Source: Eubacteriales bacterium (lineage in GTDB: Bacteria > Bacillota > Clostridia > Oscillospirales > CAG-382). From it: a stretch of DNA of 60,158 bases. The position numbers and the translations under genes were made by a program. The stretch lies in contig JAZNCU010000027.1 in assembly GCA_045587745.1 (NCBI GenBank), forward strand, positions 1 through 60,158. Reading direction: 5' to 3'. A model generated the notes under the pieces. It searched no databases. It saw nothing but the letters and a program-made list of their open reading frames with translations, and had not been told where the DNA came from. Positions 8,988-17,836 of the stretch are shown here, piece by piece; the first letter of the stretch is position 1, and each line of letters begins with the position of its first letter.

Positions 8988-11411
8988 ATGAAAAAGCAAA
9001 TTATAACGGTGGTAGCGGTGGCACTCGTCGCCGTACTGCTGGCAGGCACATATTTTATATTCTTTGCTGACGATAATATCACCGAGGAGATAGATCCTTT
9101 CTACGTTCTCTCGGACTCTATGCTCGAGAGGCTTGACGGCCTTGACGAAAAAATCGTTATTACTCTCGGCGGCTACGATCCCGACGATTCCTATTGGGTG
9201 ATACTGCACACCTTCGTTCAATCCTTTGACGAGGCAAGCAAAAAGATCTCGGTAGAGTACGAGGATAACGGCTTTACGGGCGTTACCGTTTCGAGCGAGG
9301 CAACAAGCATACAGATAGAGTATGACAGCTTTTTCAAGCTTCGCTACGATGGCAAAACCAAATATGCGTTTGATGGCGAAAGGCTTATCGGCTCGGCTGT
9401 TTGCGAGCTTGCCGGCACCGAGTGCCCCGAGCTTGCGCTCCGTGCGCTGGACGGCTTTGATATCGATGGCGATAAGGTTGCCGCAACGGGAGCTCCGTTT
9501 GTTTTCGACCCTATTGACAGGACGGGTATCAGCTATCTCAGTATTTCAAACAGCTTTGGTGAATACGCAATTTATCAGCAGGATGGTCAGTTCTATTTCT
9601 CGGAATCAATGCTCGTAGGCTACAGCGACGAGTCGTTTGCTTCCCTTACTACGACCTGCCGATATCCCGTTGCGTACGGCAAAATGGAGCTTCCCGAGGG
9701 CAGGACTTATGCCGATTACGGGCTTGACTCTGCCGATAATGCCACTGCGAGCTATACCTTGATGACGGTTGCCGATTCCAAGGGCGTATATTCGCTTCAC
9801 ACAGTGTATATCGGTATGCTGGCATCCACAAAAACGGCTTATTACGCACGCTACATCGGAGGTATTTTTCAGCAGAACAGCGATGGAGAAGATACCCTGC
9901 TGACCAATCTTACCAAGGATTGCATCTATATGCTTGAGAGCTCGGATATCGCATCGACTCTCCTGCTTCCCTCCACCGATTTTATGACGGCATCTCTCGT
10001 TTACGGAATTACCGAAACTACTCAGATGCACTCGCTTAAAGACATTGAGATCGATTATTACAGCGACGGAATCAGTGCGCTGGTCAAAAACATGGTTGCT
10101 CTCAACGCCGCCGATAATCTTGCGTCCAACGTAAGCAGTGCGCTTACCTCGGTTATAAACAATAAAAAGTTCGCAAGCGGTTATGCCGCATCCTGGCGAG
10201 AGAAGGGGGATACCTTTGCGGGCTTTACCAGCTCCGACGGTAAGGCTACCTATATCAACGCCGCACTTGCAAAGTATTCCGCCGACGGAAACTACAGGGT
10301 AGAGTTCGGGCTTTTGAGGGACGATAACGATGGCGCGCGGCTTCCTGCTGCCGTTACGATTACCGTTTCTAACGACGGATTTAACTACTACGAGATAGAG
10401 GGAGGAACGATAGCCCCCTCCCAAAACGACAAGAGCGTCAGCAAATACTCGGTTGAGTTCAATTATGACCAGCCGGTTAAATATGTCCGCATCGGCTTTG
10501 ACGTTCCCCAGACTGCAGGCAGCTACATCGTGTTTGACGAGATACGTATTTTTGCGGGCGCTGTTGATGCTCAGCCCTCCGACTCGATCAACGGTGTATG
10601 GAGGCTTGTCCGTCCCGACAGCTTTTTGCCGCAGGGAGCAAATTTTGCTTATCTCGATTCCAATAACTTTAACAACTTTATTTACTCGGTTGCAACGCTT
10701 GAGGGAGACAGGGTAGTCGCCTGCGGAATCAGCGAGAACGGTGATCCCTCCAAGCTGAATACCGAAAAGCTGGCTCTCTACGGGCTTGATAACCCCGAGA
10801 GACACGTGTCCTATACCTACGAGGGCGTTACTACCGATATTTACGTCAGCGCCGTTAACGAGGACGGAAATTATTACGTCTACTCGGTGCTTTCGGGCGA
10901 GTCAAACGGTCAGGAGGTCTCCTACTGTACCGACGTTGTAGCCGAAATCTCGGTTGAAACCGCTCCCTGGCTTGATTGGGAGTTTACCGAGCTGCTTGAC
11001 CATTCTCTCGTTTCGATGTATATCTATGAGATGAGCGAGATGAAGGTCAGCTTTGACGGCAATGAGCATGTGTTTGACGTTAACCTCGAGGAGGATAACG
11101 AGAATCAGACCGTCATCTACAACGGTACGAGCCTTGACACAAAGAGCTTCAGATACCTTTATCAGTATCTGCTCAAGATCTATATGCACGATGAGTACGT
11201 TCCTGCCGAGGGCGACAGCCCCGAGCTGTATCTTACGGTCGATATCAAATCCACCACCCGTGACATAAAGCTTGAGTTTTACCGTGTTTCCGCCAGCCGC
11301 TGCTACTTTACGGTCGATGGCGGCGATGCAAAATATTACGCACTCGTTGAGTCAATCAACAATTTCCGTGACAGCGTGCTTGATTACGTTGCAGGCGAGG
11401 AGATTCGTTGA
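8988..11411 (+). CDS. Membrane-anchored extracellular DUF4340-type protein with a GldG-N-like domain and an inserted discoidin-like domain
   Basis: N-terminal TM; YGLD motifs (ADYGLDS, LYGLDNP) and the position after gldG fit DUF4340; AAGGA RBS before ATG 8988. Confidence 0.65.
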   Translation: MKKQIITVVAVALVAVLLAGTYFIFFADDNITEEIDPFYVLSDSMLERLDGLDEKIVITLGGYDPDDSYWVILHTFVQSFDEASKKISVEYEDNGFTGVTVSSEATSIQIEYDSFFKLRYDGKTKYAFDGERLIGSAVCELAGTECPELALRALDGFDIDGDKVAATGAPFVFDPIDRTGISYLSISNSFGEYAIYQQDGQFYFSESMLVGYSDESFASLTTTCRYPVAYGKMELPEGRTYADYGLDSADNATASYTLMTVADSKGVYSLHTVYIGMLASTKTAYYARYIGGIFQQNSDGEDTLLTNLTKDCIYMLESSDIASTLLLPSTDFMTASLVYGITETTQMHSLKDIEIDYYSDGISALVKNMVALNAADNLASNVSSALTSVINNKKFASGYAASWREKGDTFAGFTSSDGKATYINAALAKYSADGNYRVEFGLLRDDNDGARLPAAVTITVSNDGFNYYEIEGGTIAPSQNDKSVSKYSVEFNYDQPVKYVRIGFDVPQTAGSYIVFDEIRIFAGAVDAQPSDSINGVWRLVRPDSFLPQGANFAYLDSNNFNNFIYSVATLEGDRVVACGISENGDPSKLNTEKLALYGLDNPERHVSYTYEGVTTDIYVSAVNEDGNYYVYSVLSGESNGQEVSYCTDVVAEISVETAPWLDWEFTELLDHSLVSMYIYEMSEMKVSFDGNEHVFDVNLEEDNENQTVIYNGTSLDTKSFRYLYQYLLKIYMHDEYVPAEGDSPELYLTVDIKSTTRDIKLEFYRVSASRCYFTVDGGDAKYYALVESINNFRDSVLDYVAGEEIR

Positions 11412-12166
11412 TGAAACGCCTTTTATGCGCGCTGCTCGTGTCTGTACTGCTCGCCTCGCTTTGCTCCTGCTCGCAGGTGGATCCCGATGAGCTTAACGCC
11501 GCCGTTGCCGAAAAGAATTCGGTAACACGTACCGAGGCAGGGTATTCTCTCGAGATCACCGTAAGCGGCACTACGCTTTACTACGCAAACGGAAGCGTTG
11601 CATTTGACAGGGCAAGCCGTGAGCTGTATGCAAGCCTTGAGCAGACCTATCTTGCAATGACCGAGTCGGTGCAAAACTATTATTCCGACGGAAAAATGGT
11701 CAGCGTGCAGGGCGGTGAGGCACTTACCGTGCAGGAGGATGCCGACGAGCTTTTTGGGCTGTTTCCTTATTTTGAGATTTTTGGGTACGGGGAAGGCTGT
11801 AGGGATATTTCGGTATCCGACACCTCACTCGGCACAGCCTATACGTTTACGTTTTCGGACGGAAAAAAGGCGTGCGATGCAATAGTCGGAAAGGATATGT
11901 ACGAGCTTGCGCTTGTCATCTCGGATCCTCAGGAGGAAAAAACCGAGTATAGCGACGTTATCTGTACCTATATCGTAAAGGAAGGGAAAATAGTATCCTG
12001 CCGATACGAGTTTGACGTAAAGCTTTTTGATACACCGGCATACGTGCCGGGATACACTCCCCCCGAGGAGGAATATACCGTGCCGATGCACGTTTCGGCA
12101 AAGATTACTTACGGCAACAGCGGTGATGCGGTGAAAATTCCCGGTTACGAAGGGGAAACCGATTGA
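11411..12166 (+). CDS. Putative lipoprotein of unknown function
   Basis: Signal peptide MKRLL...LASLCSC (lipobox-like); beta-rich acidic body; start overlaps the upstream stop (TGATG). Confidence 0.65.
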   Translation: MKRLLCALLVSVLLASLCSCSQVDPDELNAAVAEKNSVTRTEAGYSLEITVSGTTLYYANGSVAFDRASRELYASLEQTYLAMTESVQNYYSDGKMVSVQGGEALTVQEDADELFGLFPYFEIFGYGEGCRDISVSDTSLGTAYTFTFSDGKKACDAIVGKDMYELALVISDPQEEKTEYSDVICTYIVKEGKIVSCRYEFDVKLFDTPAYVPGYTPPEEEYTVPMHVSAKITYGNSGDAVKIPGYEGETD

Positions 12167-12191
12167 CACGGACCGATAAACGGCGTATAAT
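12163..12191 (+). promoter_or_regulatory. Consensus sigma-A promoter of the TPP riboswitch/thiT transcript
   Basis: Perfect TTGACA-N17-TATAAT; the -35 overlaps the upstream TGA stop. Confidence 0.9.
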
Positions 12192-12212
12192 CGGTGTGCT
12201 TGAGGGCAATCA

Positions 12213-12312
12213 ATATATGATGGGGTGCTGACCGTACTCTTTTTTCGGCGGTCGGCTGAGATTATACCCAATGAACCTGATGCGGATAATGCCGCCGTAG
12301 GGAGAACATATC
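12213..12312 (+). ncRNA. TPP (THI-box) riboswitch
   Basis: GGGGTGCT...GGCTGAGA..ATACCC..GAACCTGAT..GGATAATGCC..CGTAGGGA core; P1 is ATATG/CATAT; lies upstream of a thiamine S-component. Confidence 0.95.
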
Positions 12313-12360
12313 GTTTTCTTTTGCGGAGGGTTTATCGTGTCCTGTTCGGAAAGGAAACGT

Positions 12361-12936
12361 ATGAACACTCAAAACACAGCAAAGACCCAATCCAAGCAAA
12401 GACTCATCATTCTTTGTGAGTCTGCCATGATGATCGCGCTTGCCGCCGCACTCAGCTTTGTAAAAATAAAGCTGTGGGGCAACGGAGGCTCGGTCGACTT
12501 AGTGATGATCCCCATCATCCTGCTGGCTTACCGCAGGGGAGCAGCGTGGGCGATCCCCGCAGGACTGATTTTCGGGCTCATCAAATGCCTCATCGGTGAG
12601 GGATTTGGATACGGAGCGATCTCGGTACTGCTTGATTACGTGCTCGCCTACGGAGTTGTGGGCGTGGCAGGCTTTTTCCCGAGGAATGCAAAAGGACTGG
12701 CAATAGGTACAGCAGTTGCCTCGCTTTGCCGCTTCGGTGTGCATTTCCTCAGCGGGGTTACCATATGGAAGCTCGCCGTGGGAGACAGCGTCGATCTTTT
12801 CGGAGCTGTCTACACGGGTGATACAGCGGTGCTTTACTCGGTCGTTTACAACGGCAGTTATATGCTCTTTAATGCAATAATTGCGATCGCAGGAGTGCTG
12901 CTGCTCAAAAAAGCAATAGACAGAATACCCAAGTAA
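12361..12936 (+). CDS. thiT: ECF transporter S component for thiamine
   Basis: GGSV.L.MIP, LLDYVLAY, HFLSGV and YS.VYNGSY motifs; upstream TPP riboswitch. Confidence 0.9.
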   Translation: MNTQNTAKTQSKQRLIILCESAMMIALAAALSFVKIKLWGNGGSVDLVMIPIILLAYRRGAAWAIPAGLIFGLIKCLIGEGFGYGAISVLLDYVLAYGVVGVAGFFPRNAKGLAIGTAVASLCRFGVHFLSGVTIWKLAVGDSVDLFGAVYTGDTAVLYSVVYNGSYMLFNAIIAIAGVLLLKKAIDRIPK

Positions 12937-13019
12937 TTGTGCAGGTGCCAAAGGTTTGTTCGCTTGAAGTACTGTATATTGCGCTTGCCGAATTTTGGGC
13001 AGAAAATGCAAAAAAACAC

Positions 13020-13048
13020 TTGATTTTTGGCATTTTCCGTGATATAAT
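13020..13048 (+). promoter_or_regulatory. Sigma-A promoter of the rplS operon
   Basis: TTGATT-N17-TATAAT with an extended -10 TG; A-tract upstream. Confidence 0.8.
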
Positions 13049-13063
13049 TAGGCGTTAAATATC

Positions 13064-13095
13064 GTGCGGTCCTCTGCGGCTCAGTAAGAACGCAC
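13064..13095 (+). ncRNA. Ribosomal protein L19 leader
   Basis: GTGCG-GTCCTCTG...AAGAA-CGCAC stem-loop between the promoter and the rplS RBS, like the Firmicute L19 leader. Confidence 0.7.
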
Positions 13096-13118
13096 TGAAA
13101 AATATGGAGGTAAACGCT

Positions 13119-13460
13119 TTGGATATGTTAAAAGCATTTACAAATGAGCAGCTCAAAACCGAGATTCCCGTATTCAACGTTGGTGATACCGTTAAGGTTC
13201 ATCAGAGAATCGTTGAGGGTACGAGAGTCAGAACTCAGATTTTTGAAGGAACGGTCATCGCAAGGAAGAACGGCGGAATTTCCGAGACCTTTACTGTAAG
13301 GAGAGTTTCCTACGGTGTCGGTACCGAGAAAACTTTCCCGCTTCACTCTCCGAACGTGCAGGCAGTCGAAGTTGTCAGAAGCGGTAAGGTACGCCGCGCT
13401 AAACTCTATTACCTGCGTGAGAGAGTAGGCAAGGCCGCAAAGGTAAAAGAAAAAATCTAA
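13119..13460 (+). CDS. rplS: 50S ribosomal protein L19
   Basis: [20 protein letters not shown] and [11 protein letters not shown]; TTG 13119 (or ATG 13125) follows GGAGG. Confidence 0.97.
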   Translation: MDMLKAFTNEQLKTEIPVFNVGDTVKVHQRIVEGTRVRTQIFEGTVIARKNGGISETFTVRRVSYGVGTEKTFPLHSPNVQAVEVVRSGKVRRAKLYYLRERVGKAAKVKEKI

Positions 13461-13464
13461 GATC

Positions 13465-13500
13465 AAGTGTCTGTACATACCCTGTACAGACACTTTTCTT
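13465..13500 (+). terminator. Intrinsic terminator/attenuator after rplS
   Basis: Stem AAGTGTCTGTACA / TGTACAGACACTT followed by TTCTT. Confidence 0.75.
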
Positions 13501-13518
13501 ATTATTAAAGGAAGTATT

Positions 13519-14163
13519 ATGAACAACGGTAACGAAAACCTTAACAACGTTGAGATCGCCGCAGAGGTGCAGGAGCAGCAGCCGGAATACGGGGTCAGCT
13601 CGGTTACGGTAGTAAAAAAGAAGAAGGACCGACTCAAGTCTTTTTACGAGTATCTTGAGACCTTTTGCTATGCCCTTGTCGCAATGATTTTGCTGTTTTT
13701 GTTCGTAATCCGCCTGGTGACTGTTGACGGCACGTCAATGAAAACCACTCTTGATAACGGTGACAAGCTCATCATTTCCAACCTGTTTTATACTCCCGAG
13801 ACGGGAGATATAGTTGTTATCAAGGCCGACGGAGTGCATAACAACGGCGCGCCCCTTATAAAGCGCATTATTGCCACCGAGGGCCAGACGGTTTATATCG
13901 ACTACGAAAATTGGGCGGTCTACGTGGACGGAGTCAAGCTCGATGAGCCGTATATCGAGGGTATGCGTACCGAGCTTCCTATGCGTAAATCAATATTTGA
14001 AAAGTATAATTCGGAGTTTGTTGTAGGCGAGGGCAAGGTGTTCGTTATGGGCGATAACCGCAACAACTCAACCGACAGCCGTCAGCTTGGTGAGATCAGC
14101 GCAAATCGCATACTCGGCTATGCCGTGTTGCGGCTCACGCCCGATTTCGGATTAGTGGAATAG
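13519..14163 (+). CDS. lepB: Signal peptidase I
   Basis: TM followed by VDGTSM (Ser), LIKRII (Lys) and MGDNRNNSTDSR. Confidence 0.93.
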   Translation: MNNGNENLNNVEIAAEVQEQQPEYGVSSVTVVKKKKDRLKSFYEYLETFCYALVAMILLFLFVIRLVTVDGTSMKTTLDNGDKLIISNLFYTPETGDIVVIKADGVHNNGAPLIKRIIATEGQTVYIDYENWAVYVDGVKLDEPYIEGMRTELPMRKSIFEKYNSEFVVGEGKVFVMGDNRNNSTDSRQLGEISANRILGYAVLRLTPDFGLVE

Positions 14164-14170
14164 GTGATAT

Positions 14171-15019
14171 ATGGGCGACATTGTTTGGTATCCCGGGCAT
14201 ATGGCAAAGGCGAAAAGGCTTATAAAAGAGGCCCTGCCGAGGATAGATATGGTTATTGAGCTTTTGGATGCAAGAGCTCCCGAGTCCTCGCGCAATCCCG
14301 ATTTCAAAACCCTTTTCGGCTCCAAAAAAACCCTTACTCTGCTTACGAAAAGCAATCTTGCCGACCGTAACGCAACCGACCTTTTTATAAAAAAACACTC
14401 CGGTGCCAACCGTGCGATAATTGCCATCGACTGCAAGACGGGCTACGGCATTAAAAATATTGCGCCTGCAATCAGGGAAATAATGAGCGAAAAGCTCGCC
14501 CGTGATGCGGCTCGCGGCATCAAACGACCGATAAGAGCAATGGTTGCAGGTATTACCAACGTCGGAAAATCAACGCTTATCAATACCCTTTGCGGTACAA
14601 AAAAGGTTGTGGCGGAGGATCGTCCCGGCGTTACAAGGCAAAACTCCTGGATAGCAATCCCATCGCTCTCACTGGAGCTGATGGACACTCCGGGTATACT
14701 CTGGCACAAATTCGACGACCAGTCGGTAGGTGTAAAGCTTGCCGCACTCGGCTCGATAAAGGACGATATTCTCGATACCTACTTTCTTTCGCTTTCGTTG
14801 CTCGAAATACTTATGAAAAGGTATTCTCCTTGCCTTTGCGAGAGGTATAAGATTGAGATTATCGAAACCGATACCGCTCAGGATGTTTTTGACAAAATCG
14901 GCAGAAAACGCGGATTTTTGCGCTCGGGCGGTGTTATTGATGAGGACAGATGCTCCTCGGTAATACTTGACGAATTCAGATCGGGAAAAACAGGACAAAT
15001 AACTTTGGATTGGGAGTGA
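14171..15019 (+). CDS. rbgA: Ribosome biogenesis GTPase A (YlqF)
   Basis: WYPGHMAKA, DARAP.SSRNP, NVGKSTLIN and DTPGILW. Confidence 0.95.
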   Translation: MGDIVWYPGHMAKAKRLIKEALPRIDMVIELLDARAPESSRNPDFKTLFGSKKTLTLLTKSNLADRNATDLFIKKHSGANRAIIAIDCKTGYGIKNIAPAIREIMSEKLARDAARGIKRPIRAMVAGITNVGKSTLINTLCGTKKVVAEDRPGVTRQNSWIAIPSLSLELMDTPGILWHKFDDQSVGVKLAALGSIKDDILDTYFLSLSLLEILMKRYSPCLCERYKIEIIETDTAQDVFDKIGRKRGFLRSGGVIDEDRCSSVILDEFRSGKTGQITLDWE

Positions 15020-15657
15020 TCTCTTTGTCTTTGATTTGGGAAACCGAGTTTTCGTTTCGCAAGGAAAGCGAAATGATCGTGTGCGGATGTGACGAGGCAG
15101 GGCGCGGACCGTTGGCAGGCCCTGTGTTTGCCGCCGCGGTTATACTGCCCGACGGCTGTGTTATAGAGGGACTTGACGATTCCAAGCGTCTTTCCGAAAA
15201 AAAGAGAGAGGCTCTTTATGACGAGATCCGCAGTAAGTGTATCGACTGCGCCATAGCGCACGCCGAGGTATACGAGATAGAGGCAATCAATATTCTCAAC
15301 GCTTCAATGCTCGCTATGCGTCGGGCTATTGCTATGCTCAAGGTACAGCCCGAGCTTGCGCTCATTGACGGCAACGTGGCAAGAGATTTTCCCATCAGGG
15401 CTATTCCCATAGTCAAGGGGGACGGTAAATGCCCATCTATCGCCGCCGCTTCGGTGCTTGCAAAGGTTGAGCGTGACCGGTTTTGCAACGAGCTGGACGG
15501 ATTTTTCCCCGAGTACGGGTTTGCAAAGCACAAGGGCTATGCAACTAAGGAGCACCGTGATGCAATACTCAAATACGGCCCCTGCGGAGCACACAGACCC
15601 AGCTTTTTGCGTAAGCTGTTAGGCAGCGAGCTTGATGAACAGCACGGACTTTGGTAA
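15016..15657 (+). CDS. rnhB: Ribonuclease HII
   Basis: GCDEAGRGPLAGPV, DDSKRL, KGDG and SIAAASVLAKV. Start uncertain (GTG 15016 or ATG 15073). Confidence 0.95.
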   Translation: MISLSLIWETEFSFRKESEMIVCGCDEAGRGPLAGPVFAAAVILPDGCVIEGLDDSKRLSEKKREALYDEIRSKCIDCAIAHAEVYEIEAINILNASMLAMRRAIAMLKVQPELALIDGNVARDFPIRAIPIVKGDGKCPSIAAASVLAKVERDRFCNELDGFFPEYGFAKHKGYATKEHRDAILKYGPCGAHRPSFLRKLLGSELDEQHGLW

Positions 15658-16054
15658 GCTGGGCGAGGATATTGCCGAGCGTTATCTCAAAAAAAGAGGC
15701 TGGCATATTCTTGCAAGGAATTTCAGATGCGGATCAGGTGAGATAGATATTCTCGGCTATCGGCTCGGGATACTCGTTTGCTTTGAGGTAAAGACACGCT
15801 CGGACGACAGCTTTGGCAGTCCTGCCTCGGCAGTTAACGAGGAAAAGCTGCGTAAAATCTCATCGGCGCTCAGGGTACTAAAAACAGCATATTCTCCCGA
15901 TGGAAAATTGCCCGTCAGATATTTTTCGCTTTTCACGGTCAGACGCCGTATATTCAAGGAGCGCACCGATATTATCGAGGTGTTTCTTACCCGCAAGCGC
16001 GAACTAAAGGGGATCAACCACATAAAACAAAAATCCGACAAAGGTAATTGGTAA
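15635..16054 (+). CDS. yraN: YraN family putative endonuclease
   Basis: G..GE..A..YL, RNFR...GEIDI and FEVKTR; usual position after rnhB. Confidence 0.85.
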   Translation: MNSTDFGKLGEDIAERYLKKRGWHILARNFRCGSGEIDILGYRLGILVCFEVKTRSDDSFGSPASAVNEEKLRKISSALRVLKTAYSPDGKLPVRYFSLFTVRRRIFKERTDIIEVFLTRKRELKGINHIKQKSDKGNW

Positions 16055-17523
16055 TGAATTATATAAGCACAAGAAGCCCGAAGTGCGAATTCCGCTCGGG
16101 CGCATACGTAATAAAACAGGGACTTGCCTCGGACGGAGGTCTTTTCGTGCCCGAGAGTATTCCTGCAATAACACTTGATGAGATAAACGAGCTTGCAGGC
16201 AAAAGCTACGTCGACAGGGCGGTGTGCGTACTCGGCAAATTTTTGACCGATTACACTGCCGAGGAGCTTAAAAGCTCGGCTGAGGCGGCGTATTCTTCCC
16301 AAAAATTTTCTGCTCCGCCTGCACCTATCTCCAAGGTGGGCGAGAGGTATTTTCTCGAGCTCTGGCACGGGCCTACCTGTGCATTCAAGGATATGGCGCT
16401 TCAGATTATGCCTCGTCTGCTCTCGCTTGCGCTGTCAAAAACGGGTGAGGAGCGTGAGGCTCTGATTCTCGTTGCCACAAGCGGCGATACCGGCAAGGCG
16501 GCTCTTGAGGGCTATGCCGATGTAGAGGGCGTATCTATCAAGGTTTTCTACCCCGTTCACGGAGTTTCCAATATCCAAAAAAAGCAGATGTCATCACAGC
16601 AGGGCAGTAACGTCGAGGTTATTGCCATTGACGGCAACTTTGACGATGCCCAGAACGGCGTAAAGTCAATCTTTTCGTCCGAGGATGCACGCCGTGCGGT
16701 GGATGGACAGGGGAAATTCTTCTCGAGTGCAAACTCCATCAACTGGGGCAGGCTCGTTCCGCAGATCGTTTACTACGTTTCGGCGTATTGCGACCTCGTC
16801 AGCGAGGGCGAGATCAAGCTCGGCGACGAGATAGACGTTACCGTACCGACGGGCAATTTCGGCAACATTCTTGCCTGCTATATTGCAAAAATGATGGGAC
16901 TGCCCATCGGCAGGATGGTTTGCGCCTCCAACAAGAACAAAATTCTTACCGATTTTATTTCCTCCGGCGTTTATGACCGCCGCAGGGATTTTTACACTAC
17001 CGTATCACCCTCGATGGATATTCTTATCTCAAGCAACCTTGAGCGGCTTATTTACTTCCTTTCGGATGCCGACACCACGAGAGGCTATATGGAAAGCCTT
17101 GCAAAGGACGGAGCATATACCGTCAGCGATGATATTCTCGCCAAGGTCAGGGAGCATTTTGAGGGCGGCTTTTGCGATGAGGAAAACACTGCCGCTACCG
17201 TCAAAAGGTATTTTGAGGAGTACGGCTATCTGCTTGATACGCATACTGCTGTTGCGGCGTGCGTTGCTGACGAATACTGTGCAAACGGCACCGAAAATAA
17301 GATGCTGGTCGTTTCCACCGCATCTCCCTACAAATTTGCCCCTGCTGTGCTGAGGGCGCTCGGAATCGAGCCGTCGGACGATGATTTTGTTTCGCGCGAT
17401 ATGCTTGCTTTATTTACCAAGATGCCTGTGCCTGCGCCTCTCGCAGCCCTTGCATACAAGCCCGACAGATTCACGCACACGGTTGCAAAGGACGATATGC
17501 AGGCGGCGGTAATCGGGGACTGA
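16054..17523 (+). CDS. thrC: Threonine synthase
   Basis: YISTR, LELWHGPTCAFKD (PLP Lys), ATSGDTG, SANSINWGR and VPTGNFGN. Confidence 0.95.
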   Translation: MNYISTRSPKCEFRSGAYVIKQGLASDGGLFVPESIPAITLDEINELAGKSYVDRAVCVLGKFLTDYTAEELKSSAEAAYSSQKFSAPPAPISKVGERYFLELWHGPTCAFKDMALQIMPRLLSLALSKTGEEREALILVATSGDTGKAALEGYADVEGVSIKVFYPVHGVSNIQKKQMSSQQGSNVEVIAIDGNFDDAQNGVKSIFSSEDARRAVDGQGKFFSSANSINWGRLVPQIVYYVSAYCDLVSEGEIKLGDEIDVTVPTGNFGNILACYIAKMMGLPIGRMVCASNKNKILTDFISSGVYDRRRDFYTTVSPSMDILISSNLERLIYFLSDADTTRGYMESLAKDGAYTVSDDILAKVREHFEGGFCDEENTAATVKRYFEEYGYLLDTHTAVAACVADEYCANGTENKMLVVSTASPYKFAPAVLRALGIEPSDDDFVSRDMLALFTKMPVPAPLAALAYKPDRFTHTVAKDDMQAAVIGD

Positions 17524-17524
17524 C

Positions 17525-17570
17525 AAAAAGATTTGCGGCTGCCGCAAGCAGTGCCTTGCAGCAGCCGTAA
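17525..17570 (-). terminator. Terminator of the DUF1540 gene (possibly bidirectional)
   Basis: Near-perfect 16-bp stem TTGCGGCTGCCGCAAG / CTTGCAGCAGCCGTAA; U-tract on the minus strand. Confidence 0.65.
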
Positions 17571-17577
17571 TTCCTGT

Positions 17578-17769
17578 TTACGCCTTGTGTCTGGGCGAGA
17601 AGGTCGCGCATACCGTCTGCGAGCAGTTTGTTGCACTTGCAGGGCCTACGGCAATCTCTTTTGCGGTGCAGTAGCTTACGCCGTCGTGATGCACACAGCT
17701 TACCACACTGCAGGATATACCCTTGATATGCTTGGGCGTGGTGTTAAAGGTTATACCGTTCATACTCAT
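17578..17769 (-). CDS. DUF1540 family small Cys-rich protein
   Basis: I.C.V.SC.HH....CTA.EI.VG......TVCATF pattern; GAAAGGA RBS. Confidence 0.8.
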   Translation of the reverse strand: MSMNGITFNTTPKHIKGISCSVVSCVHHDGVSYCTAKEIAVGPASATNCSQTVCATFSPRHKA

Positions 17770-17836
17770 TTCCTTTCAATTTAGTCCTGCCTTATTGTTG
17801 GCAAAAAACACATTTTTTATTACGGAGCGTTTATTG

